A stretch of 64,000 nt of DNA from Candidatus Woesearchaeota archaeon (GTDB lineage Archaea > Nanobdellota > Nanobdellia > Woesearchaeales > WAPJ01): contig JBLKOL010000001.1 in NCBI GenBank assembly GCA_047602765.1, positions 2,273 through 66,272 of the forward strand, written 5' to 3'. Shown in pieces: positions 45,414-53,270 of this stretch. The notes under the pieces were generated by a model that worked only from the letters and a program-made list of their open reading frames with translations, was not told the DNA's origin and searched no databases. Within the stretch, counting starts at the first letter, position 1, and the number at the start of each line of letters is the position of its first letter. Made by a program: the position numbers and the translations under genes.

Positions 45414-47771
45414 TTACCGGTATGCCTTGTCGAGGGCTTCGTGCACGGTGAGGTGGTCTCTTGTCGGTCCGACATCCATCTCTATCTTACTGCTCCCGGT
45501 CGTCGTCACCTGTACGATGCCGGTTTTGAAGATTTTGTCGAAGAACCTTTGGCTGGTGTTGAGGTGGTCGATGCGATCGTAGAAGATGACCTTGCGTGTG
45601 GGGTAGATGAACCGAACTTCGCGTACGATGCGGTGCTCTTCGATGAGGAACGTCGTTCTGCTCGCTCGGATCGCTGCGATCACTGCTGCGATGAGGACGA
45701 TCGGCAAGAGCGGTAGGATGATGCCGATGAGCATGATCGGAACGGCGATGCGCGATGATGAGAGGTGCACGGTCCGCTGCGCATCGCTCGGAGGCGCGAA
45801 TTCGTCGAGCTTGACGCTCAACTCATGCGATGTGTCGAATGCGGATGGGATGTACGGTGCATTGACGGTGTTGGGGATGACGTGTTCTCCCTTGTCGGTC
45901 TTGATGATCCCTTCTCCTGCTACGTTGAAGGCGATCGAGCCTTCGGTTCCGAAGGGGTATTGTGTGGTGGTCACGCCTTTGATGTCTTCGACATTGACGA
46001 ACGACTGCGTGCGGGTGAACCATCCGTGCGTTTCGTAAAGAGTATTCTCGTCGATGGTGAAGTATGCGTTGCGGTATGTGAGTCTCTCTGATAGGATGAT
46101 CGCGAAGAAGATGAGCACGACGATCCCTGTGGTGACCGTCAAGACGTACGGTACGAACAGGTTCACGACCGCCGCGATGGCGAGCACGAACGCCGATGTG
46201 ATGAGGCTGTATGTATATGCTTTGAGGATCGTTCCGATGCGTGGCTCTGAGCGTATGAGGTGTTCGGTGGGCTCGCGCAACCCGTACTTCTCTTCGAGCA
46301 TCCGTATGATGCCGCTCGCCTCGTCGACCGATCGGAACGTGATGCGTGCTCCTGATCCGATCGACCAGTAATCCACACTTACTGTCTTTGCGATCCGGTC
46401 GATGATGCTGCGTCTGAGCGTGATGCGTGTGATCCGATCGTCGCTGAAGGATTGTTCATCCCGGTTGAAGAAGTCGACGTTGCTCTTCACCCGGTTCGGC
46501 TCGATCGTATACGTCGTTACGGCGATCATGATCGCGTTCCCGATGAGTCCGACGGCTCCTACGATGAGTGTGAGAACCACGATTCCGATTAAGAGTGGGA
46601 ATGCACTGAGTGCTCCGAGGGCTGCAGCGATCACGGATGCGAAGACCAAGAGTACGAATGCGAGGCCCGCGCTGATTCCGAAGCTGACGAAAGCAGGGCG
46701 CATGCTCGGCTTGTAGTTCGTCGTCTTCACCGTAGCGGCGCGTGTGCGTCGTTCGGCTCGTTTGCGTGCGGCCGCTCGTACTTCGCCTCGGTGGTCCGGT
46801 TTCTCCTCGCTTGCGACTGGTGTTCGATCCGTGTCGATGAGTGTGCTGATGCTCGTGTCGAACCGCTTGGCATCGGTGAGGTTGCAGAACTTGATCTGCG
46901 AGCCGCTGCCCTGACAGCTTACGATGACATCCGATACGCCGAAGATGCGTTTGAGCAGCGGTTCTCGTATCTGGCTGTTGCTCAAGTTCTCGACAGGGAT
47001 GACGGCGCGTCGTTTCGTGAGGAATCCTTCGTCATAGTAGACGCCGTCTTCGGTGATCGTATAGGTTTTGGAGACTGAATTGAGGTAGTATGCGTAGAGC
47101 CCGATCGCGCTGATGATAAGGACGATGGCAGGTATGATGAGTAGCACCGGAGAGATCATGAGGAGCGGTATGATCGATGCTCCTCCGAAGTAGAGCAAGA
47201 CGAATAGGGTGCCGATGGATGCGCTGATCACGTCGATGATCGCTCCTGTGGGGCTCGCACGGGTTTCCATCAGGTTCTTCTCGCTCGAGAGCGAGAAGCC
47301 GTTGCGTTTCATGAGGTCCTGTACGATGGTATAGATACGTTCGGGTTCGTCGAGATAGAGTAGGTGCGCTTCAACACCTGCGGTTCCCGCTGATTCGACG
47401 TGCACCGCTCCGGTTCCGAAGAGCTTGTTCTCGATCCATGGAAGCACGAGTTTGACGTGCGTGACGTTTCGGATCTCGAGTTCGGTGCTCGAATCGGAGA
47501 ACGGCCCTCCGGTTGTGGTGACGATGCGCGTCTTCTCGAAGCGGTAGTTCGTCTTTTCGTAGCGGATCTTCGTGCTGTAGATGATCCACGGTACGTTGAG
47601 GAGGAGCAGGGTGCCGACTCCGATGGTGATCAGCGAAACCCACTGTGCACCTTCGAGGACCAAGCCGATCGTGATGAGTGCGATGGCGAATAGCAGGCTG
47701 ATGGTGATGCCGATGATGCGTTGGAAGGTAACGAGAACCGTGCGGTTCGGCTTGAGGGTGAGCGGCTCCAT
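45414..47771 (-). CDS. Membrane protein with five tandem TM-hairpin + bacterial PH (bPH_2, YdbT/YdbS-like) modules
   Basis: Five repeats of two TM helices followed by Y-x-[FI]-x...[LI]xxR... beta-rich ~80-aa unit (e.g. TNYRFEKTRIVTTTG, KTYTITEDGVYYDEG, TTYTIEPNRVKSNV, NAYFTIDENTLYETHG, TTFLIEEHRIVREV). Confidence 0.75.
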   Translation of the reverse strand: MEPLTLKPNRTVLVTFQRIIGITISLLFAIALITIGLVLEGAQWVSLITIGVGTLLLLNVPWIIYSTKIRYEKTNYRFEKTRIVTTTGGPFSDSSTELEIRNVTHVKLVLPWIENKLFGTGAVHVESAGTAGVEAHLLYLDEPERIYTIVQDLMKRNGFSLSSEKNLMETRASPTGAIIDVISASIGTLFVLLYFGGASIIPLLMISPVLLIIPAIVLIISAIGLYAYYLNSVSKTYTITEDGVYYDEGFLTKRRAVIPVENLSNSQIREPLLKRIFGVSDVIVSCQGSGSQIKFCNLTDAKRFDTSISTLIDTDRTPVASEEKPDHRGEVRAAARKRAERRTRAATVKTTNYKPSMRPAFVSFGISAGLAFVLLVFASVIAAALGALSAFPLLIGIVVLTLIVGAVGLIGNAIMIAVTTYTIEPNRVKSNVDFFNRDEQSFSDDRITRITLRRSIIDRIAKTVSVDYWSIGSGARITFRSVDEASGIIRMLEEKYGLREPTEHLIRSEPRIGTILKAYTYSLITSAFVLAIAAVVNLFVPYVLTVTTGIVVLIFFAIILSERLTYRNAYFTIDENTLYETHGWFTRTQSFVNVEDIKGVTTTQYPFGTEGSIAFNVAGEGIIKTDKGEHVIPNTVNAPYIPSAFDTSHELSVKLDEFAPPSDAQRTVHLSSSRIAVPIMLIGIILPLLPIVLIAAVIAAIRASRTTFLIEEHRIVREVRFIYPTRKVIFYDRIDHLNTSQRFFDKIFKTGIVQVTTTGSSKIEMDVGPTRDHLTVHEALDKAYR

Positions 47772-47817
47772 GTATAGGTGTACGTCACCAACGCTTCATA
47801 AGCATATGCGAATCGGT

Positions 47818-48264
47818 TCATCCGCGCAAATGCTTCTCGAAACGATCACGATACCGTTCGAGGACGTAGGCGAAGCCGGTGTGAAGCGGCTCGGGGAGTG
47901 TTGAGAGCGTCGCCCAGGTAAGATCGGTGTGCTTGTGCGGTTCGCGGAGCGTGACGTCTGAACGCCGTACGCGTATGAAGAACGGTATCAAGAGCCAGCA
48001 CGTCGTGTCACTTTCGTGTTCGCGGATGAGCACGTGAGGTGGGATCGTATCGATGATCGTGCCGGTGCATCCGTACTCCTCTGCGAGTTCCGCGAGAGCG
48101 TTCTCCGCAGGTTCGCGTCCGAACTCGAGTTGTCCGGATCCGGCATCCCAATGGCCGTGCTCGTCTCGGCATGCTGCTGTTCTCCGGTGTAGTGCGAGGT
48201 AGCGGTCCTGGTCGATGGCGAAGAACGGCGTTGCGATCCCAACATAGTCGACTCCTGGCTTCAT
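47818..48264 (-). CDS. NUDIX-family hydrolase (variant box)
   Basis: GSGQLEFGREPAENALAELAEEYGC (Arg of REUxEE replaced by Ala). Confidence 0.7.
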   Translation of the reverse strand: MKPGVDYVGIATPFFAIDQDRYLALHRRTAACRDEHGHWDAGSGQLEFGREPAENALAELAEEYGCTGTIIDTIPPHVLIREHESDTTCWLLIPFFIRVRRSDVTLREPHKHTDLTWATLSTLPEPLHTGFAYVLERYRDRFEKHLRG

Positions 48265-48294
48265 GGGTGCAGGTATTCGTGTCGTCTTATATGT

Positions 48295-49200
48295 TTAGCA
48301 GGTGACGTTCGTCGAGCCGGTGTAGTCGTCGAGGCGGTCGGTGTCGAGTCGGAACCAGTCCGGAGTGCCGCTCATGCACTGCGCTTCGTGTGCGATCGTC
48401 GAGAAGTAGAGCGCGTCGATCGAGCTTCGTCCATCGTAGGTTCCGACTCCTTGGACGAGGAAGCGCTGTCCGCTCACGATGCTCTCGATACCGTGTTCTG
48501 ATGCTGAGAAGTTTCCTTCGAGGCGCATGAGGAAGCTCGGACTCTTGTTCGACGAACGGTACTTGCTGTTCATCATAGACCAGTTGATGAGCGTTGGGAT
48601 GTCGGTTTCGTTCGTGAATTCTACGATGTTGCTGATCCTACCGATGCTCGCCATGTAGTATGCTGGGTCTTCGAGTCCGCCCACCGGGATGTCAACCTCA
48701 ACCCGGATGTCCCGCTCGTATCGTCGCTCTTGGCGCGGATCGCTCAGGTTGTAGGTGAGCGTCGCTGCGTTCGTGATCGCGTATGGGGTTGTGTGGTACT
48801 GTTCGAGCGATATGATTTCGTATTCGAAGTGGTATCCTCTGTTCGCATAGATCGTCCTGGTCCGGTCGAGCCAGTCGATGAGTCCGCTTCCGTTGAGCGC
48901 TGATACGTTGACTCCTTCGATCGTTCGGTTGAGCATCCCTTCGTGGTAGCTCGCGTTCAGGTCGACGAGGTACTCGCCGGTCTGTGTGATCTTCTCGATC
49001 TGTCCTATGACGGTACGGTATGATGAGATGTACACTCCGCGCTCGAGGTCCTCTTCGAATGCGTCGATCACCGCGTTCATGGATTGTACGATGCTGATCG
49101 GACTCTGGGTCGCACGTGTCGGCTGATCGATCGTCGTCGCGAATACGAATACGACGCTGCTCAGGATGATGGCGATGAACGTGTAGGCGACGCCTCTCAT
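48295..49200 (-). CDS. Pilin-like protein with class III signal peptide (301 aa), 10 N-glycosylation sequons
   Basis: MRG|VAYTFIAIILSSVVFVFA N-terminus; ATGA overlap with the upstream vWA gene. Confidence 0.65.
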   Translation of the reverse strand: MRGVAYTFIAIILSSVVFVFATTIDQPTRATQSPISIVQSMNAVIDAFEEDLERGVYISSYRTVIGQIEKITQTGEYLVDLNASYHEGMLNRTIEGVNVSALNGSGLIDWLDRTRTIYANRGYHFEYEIISLEQYHTTPYAITNAATLTYNLSDPRQERRYERDIRVEVDIPVGGLEDPAYYMASIGRISNIVEFTNETDIPTLINWSMMNSKYRSSNKSPSFLMRLEGNFSASEHGIESIVSGQRFLVQGVGTYDGRSSIDALYFSTIAHEAQCMSGTPDWFRLDTDRLDDYTGSTNVTC

Positions 49201-51875
49201 CGTGTTACCTCGACCACGTATTCCGAGGGGCCCCACAGGCTCGGCACGTCTTGAGTGATGGCTACTTCGACGCTGAGCTCCTGCTCGCGAAGGTAGATGT
49301 CGATGCGCCCGGTGTTCGTCACGTCGAGTTGGCGGAAGAGCTCGTATGCTGCGCGGTCGTATGCGTCCTGATCATCGTACGTTGCGGTTTCGTAGTAGCA
49401 TTCTTTCGTGCCGTTGTAGTGCGCGGGGATGCTGATCTCATAGATGTTGAGGTCCTCTTGCATGACGAACCAGTGGCAGCCTTCGGCCTTGGGTGTGACG
49501 ATGGAGACTGTCGGGTTGATCGCGACGGCTGCGTTGATGACGATGCTGTTGTTCACGCTGCACCCTGTCTCGTTGCCCGGCTCGTTTCCGGTGAGCAGTG
49601 CGATCGTGTTCGATCCGTTCACGAACCGATCTGCGGGGAGTCCGACGATGAACGGGTCTCCGATGAGTGTGTAGTCGTCTGAGTACCTGCTGATGTTGAA
49701 GACGGTGTGCGCATTGATACCCACCAGGCTCGTCCAATGTTCGTCGCTGTAGCTTGTCACATGCGCGTCGACGACCCGCAGGTTGCTGCCGAGCAGGAAG
49801 TCATCGGTGCAGTGGTCGAATGTGGGTGTTTGTACGGTGATCGGTACTTCGTTGATCCCTGCTGGTTGCGCGATCGGATCGTAGGTGAACGATATGTAAC
49901 TGTTCGTAAGGTTCGATGCCATACCTTCGCCCGGATGGACGATCTGTGAGGTGTACGTCGTCCGTGAGAGGATCTCTTGGGTGACGGTTTCGTAGAATCC
50001 TGCGAGGTCGCTGAAGTCGTCGCTCGCGAAGAACATCGACTCATCACATGCTGTGTGTCTGAGGGTGTCGATACCTGTCGGTGTCAAGTCGTCTCCGATG
50101 GCTATGGTGAATACTGATATGTTGTTCGCGCAGGCGTACTGGCCTGCGTCGATCGTCGCTTGGTTCGCGATGTTCTCTGCTGCGTGTGTTCCTGAGTAGT
50201 CTCCGGGACCTGTGCAGTCGTGTGTTGAGTCTCCGTCAGAGAGTACGATCATGTAGCTGTGGTTTGCGCTCAGATTGGTATACATGTCGAAGGCGCGGTA
50301 GATGCCGCAGCAGATACACGTCCATCCGCCGGCGGTATACGAGTCGATCTCGTCTTCAACAGCGGCGAGGTTATCGGTGAGGTCGAGCACGGATCGCACT
50401 CCGGTGCTGTATGACACGGTGCCGACGCGTGCGAGATCCGATTGGAGGATGCCTGCCGCGGCTGTCTTTGCGGCTTCGATGGCGACTCGCATGCGTGATC
50501 GGCATGCGTCGTGGTTGTACGTATTCACGCACGTGGGTGATCCGCCGCATACGTCTCCTGTACAGGCGTCGACTGATCCGACCGTGCAGGTTTTGGTTGT
50601 TGTGAGGGGCCAGATCCACCACATGTACTGGCAGCCGTATGTACAGGTGAGTGGGGGTTCGGTGTCTCCGCATACGCTCATGGACCCTGATACGTCGGTG
50701 ACTAGGGTTGTATCCGAAGGGCGGTCTACGGTGATGTATCCTGTGTAGTTGACACCTTCAAGTCCCATCCTGATAGGGTTCGTTCCGCTCATCGCGCTGT
50801 AGTCGAGCATGCTCAGATCCGCGTCGGTGAGCGTGATGCTCTCGCTCGATATGTTCGTGCCGTTGTACACCGTCGTGTTTCCGATGGTGAGGAAGTACGT
50901 TGTGGTGATGTTCTGTGGGAGGAGCGCGTCGTACTCGAGGTTGATCTCGAGTGAGGTGAGGTTCCCGGGTACGGTGAACGAGTCGTAGATGTTGATGATG
51001 CCGTAGATGTCGGGGAAGTGGTAGGTTCCGTGTCCTACTGGTGGGATCGTGATGCGGTCGGTCGTGTACCGTACGCGTACGAATCCTCCTCCGACGAATG
51101 CGGTTTCGAGTTCGTCGAACGAGAGTCTGACGCGGTTGTTTCCAGGTGTGAGCGCGGAGATGCACGGCGAGAGATCGAAGTACTGGCTCTCTTTGTATGC
51201 TGGTTGTGCGGTGAACGTCCCGCAGCTCACTGTGTTGACGGTCACTTCTACGTCTTGGCTGATCGCTGCTTCCATGGAGAACGATACGACCCTGCTCGCT
51301 TCGATGTCGCTCGGCAGGTCTCTGAGTACGACTTCGACGTCTCCTTGTCCTGAGAATCCTCCGAAGTACGCGAACGTCGAGGTCGTTCGATTGCTCGAGG
51401 CTGAGAACTGCATGCGCGCGCTGTACCCTCGTACGGGTTGGCTCTTGTTGATGCCTGATACGAGTCGTGTCGTTCTGCTGATCGTACGAGGCTGGGCTGC
51501 TGCGTTCGTGTAGAGCGCTTCTTCGTTGATGAGCGTTGAGAATCCGCTCATGTTCGATACGTGTTCGCTCACGTTCGTGATGATGCGTTCTGCGAGGGTG
51601 AGGTTTCCGTTCGCCCATAATTCGGATGTGTATTCGAGGATGCTCCTCTCCATCTGTAAGGGCTCGACGGTTCCGTTTCCGCGGAGCTCTGCGATGAGTG
51701 GTGCGGTTGATTCCGAGACGGGTATGGCTGAGAGTGCTCGGATGAGGTCGTGTGCGAGGATCTGTTCGTTCTGCGATCCGTGGTCCGTTCCGATGCTCGT
51801 GATCAGTATGATCGTTCCGAGCAGGATTCCGGTTGCGATGAGCGCATCGATAGTGAACAGTTGGCCTAGTGCCAT
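49197..51875 (-). CDS. Large pilin-like surface protein (892 aa) with class III signal peptide and vWA/MIDAS domain
   Basis: MALG|QLFTIDALIATGILLGTIILI; MIDAS DVSGSMS ... T(GGWT) ... MIVLSDGDS; 21 NxS/T sequons. Confidence 0.8.
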   Translation of the reverse strand: MALGQLFTIDALIATGILLGTIILITSIGTDHGSQNEQILAHDLIRALSAIPVSESTAPLIAELRGNGTVEPLQMERSILEYTSELWANGNLTLAERIITNVSEHVSNMSGFSTLINEEALYTNAAAQPRTISRTTRLVSGINKSQPVRGYSARMQFSASSNRTTSTFAYFGGFSGQGDVEVVLRDLPSDIEASRVVSFSMEAAISQDVEVTVNTVSCGTFTAQPAYKESQYFDLSPCISALTPGNNRVRLSFDELETAFVGGGFVRVRYTTDRITIPPVGHGTYHFPDIYGIINIYDSFTVPGNLTSLEINLEYDALLPQNITTTYFLTIGNTTVYNGTNISSESITLTDADLSMLDYSAMSGTNPIRMGLEGVNYTGYITVDRPSDTTLVTDVSGSMSVCGDTEPPLTCTYGCQYMWWIWPLTTTKTCTVGSVDACTGDVCGGSPTCVNTYNHDACRSRMRVAIEAAKTAAAGILQSDLARVGTVSYSTGVRSVLDLTDNLAAVEDEIDSYTAGGWTCICCGIYRAFDMYTNLSANHSYMIVLSDGDSTHDCTGPGDYSGTHAAENIANQATIDAGQYACANNISVFTIAIGDDLTPTGIDTLRHTACDESMFFASDDFSDLAGFYETVTQEILSRTTYTSQIVHPGEGMASNLTNSYISFTYDPIAQPAGINEVPITVQTPTFDHCTDDFLLGSNLRVVDAHVTSYSDEHWTSLVGINAHTVFNISRYSDDYTLIGDPFIVGLPADRFVNGSNTIALLTGNEPGNETGCSVNNSIVINAAVAINPTVSIVTPKAEGCHWFVMQEDLNIYEISIPAHYNGTKECYYETATYDDQDAYDRAAYELFRQLDVTNTGRIDIYLREQELSVEVAITQDVPSLWGPSEYVVEVTR
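49965..50714 (-). other. von Willebrand factor A domain (approx. aa 388-637) with 8-Cys insertion after the DxSxS motif
   Basis: TTLVTDVSGSMS, RVAIEAAKTAAAGIL, VGTVSYSTG, YTAGGWT, YMIVLSDGDS, VFTIAIG. Confidence 0.7.
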
Positions 51876-52315
51876 GCGATCACCTCGAGTCGCGCGATGG
51901 TTCCGTTGTATGCGACGATTCGCTCGATGCGTCGTACGGTATCGCTCGTATCGTATCCGAGCGTGGCTGTATCGTTATAGTTGGTGATGATCCCTAGATC
52001 GGATGGATGAACGCTGATGCGGTAGTAGTAGGGTGTTGAGAGCATCGTGTTCTTCGTGTCGATGTCGAACCCGCGTAGGGTCATCCACTTATCTGTGTCG
52101 ATCGAGTCGTTGCTCAGAAGTCCGATGCGCAATACGTTCGTCTCGTTCCAATCGGCGGGGTATCCGCTTGTGAGGAGCTCTTCGCTCAGTCGTACGAGGT
52201 CGATGTCTCGCTCGCCTTGTGTGCTGATCTGACTGTAGTTGAAGAATGCGAACACCGCGATCATGAAGATGAGGAATCCTGCTGCGAAGTCCGTAGCGCT
52301 TACTTGTCCTCTCAT
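51866..52315 (-). CDS. Pilin-like protein with class III signal peptide (149 aa)
   Basis: MRG|QVSATDFAAGFLIFMIAVFAFF; 10-nt overlap with the downstream gene, ATGA with the upstream gene. Confidence 0.7.
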   Translation of the reverse strand: MRGQVSATDFAAGFLIFMIAVFAFFNYSQISTQGERDIDLVRLSEELLTSGYPADWNETNVLRIGLLSNDSIDTDKWMTLRGFDIDTKNTMLSTPYYYRISVHPSDLGIITNYNDTATLGYDTSDTVRRIERIVAYNGTIARLEVIAWH

Positions 52316-52692
52316 GATACGATCACGCTTCCTTCGTGTTTTCGTACGGTGAACGAGCCTGAGTCGAGTTCTACGGTTCCGTTCACGTCGGGTATGCGGA
52401 TGATGTTCGAGTAGAGGCTGCTCTCGGCTTCGATCCAGTTGTCGTGTACGCGGATCGTCATGCTGACGGCGTTCCGCGGTTTGATAACTATGGTTCGCTC
52501 GTATCCGTCTCGTGCGATGGCTGCGGCGACGAGTTCTGATTGGAGTCGTTCGAGTTCATCGTTCACGCTCGTCTGGTGTCGTGCTTGGGACGTACGCTCG
52601 GCATACGTGCTTGCGATGGCTATGAAGGTAGCTGCGATGAGCAGTGCAGCTGCGATGAGTATCGCATATTCGGCTACTGCCTGTCCTCTCAT
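52312..52692 (-). CDS. Pilin-like protein with class III signal peptide (126 aa)
   Basis: MRG|QAVAEYAILIAAALLIAATFIAI (TadE/Flp-like QxxxEY); ATGA overlaps on both sides. Confidence 0.7.
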   Translation of the reverse strand: MRGQAVAEYAILIAAALLIAATFIAIASTYAERTSQARHQTSVNDELERLQSELVAAAIARDGYERTIVIKPRNAVSMTIRVHDNWIEAESSLYSNIIRIPDVNGTVELDSGSFTVRKHEGSVIVS

Positions 52693-53093
52693 GTGATGTG
52701 TACTCCTGTTGCTGTGCTTGTCAACACGAGGTTGCGGTATCCTTGTGCGGGTATCGGAGCATCCCATGTGAGGTTCGCGTATGTGCTGGTGAGCACGACT
52801 TCCCGGCTTCCCGGCCCTGCGTTGTATCGCATGACGATGGTTCTCTGCTCGGTTGTGATGCTCTCGATTCCCGAGGGTATGTAGACGCGGATGGTCCTTT
52901 TCGCTGGCGGTCCTTCGAAGGCGAGTTCGTCTGCGGTCGTTACGATCGTGAAGGAGATGCGTTCGAGTTGGCGTTCGGTGATCCGCGCTTCGTGGAGTTG
53001 GCTCGTTCCGATGCCTGCGAGTATGGCTGGGATGATGATGAGCAGTGAGAATCCTACGATCATCACGTATTCGATCGATACCTGTCCCCTCAT
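52689..53093 (-). CDS. Pilin-like protein with class III signal peptide (134 aa), first gene of operon
   Basis: MRG|QVSIEYVMIVGFSLLIIIPAILAG matches the archaeal class III signal (RGQxSxEY) pattern. Confidence 0.75.
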   Translation of the reverse strand: MRGQVSIEYVMIVGFSLLIIIPAILAGIGTSQLHEARITERQLERISFTIVTTADELAFEGPPAKRTIRVYIPSGIESITTEQRTIVMRYNAGPGSREVVLTSTYANLTWDAPIPAQGYRNLVLTSTATGVHIT

Positions 53094-53125
53094 GGCGCTC
53101 CCTCGGGGATCCCTGCGCGAACGCG

Positions 53126-53134
53126 CTTTATAAG
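53126..53134 (-). promoter_or_regulatory. TATA box for pilin-like operon
   Basis: ctttataag 33 nt from ATG 53093. Confidence 0.45.
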
Positions 53135-53219
53135 CCTATGAGAAATTTCGTATCCACTTTGTAGTGAAAACTCGTCGGTGGGTTTATATATGTCTGGGGT
53201 ATTGTCACTGTACGACTTT

Positions 53220-53270
53220 GGAAACACCTCTTTCCCCTCAGGGGCCATCGGGTCCGGGGGGAAAGTTTCC
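53220..53270 (-). terminator. GC-rich imperfect hairpin immediately 3' of the Lon-like CDS
   Basis: GGAAAC(acct)CTTTCCCC...loop...GGGGAAAGGTTTCC: 6+8 bp stem; abuts stop codon at 53271. Confidence 0.3.

Noticed and set aside
50758-51618. 286-aa Arg/His-rich ORF in an alternative minus frame inside the vWA gene
   Set aside because: It is an out-of-frame overlap with the 892-aa gene. Its composition (R, H, T, Q runs) is typical of off-frame translation of GC-rich coding DNA.
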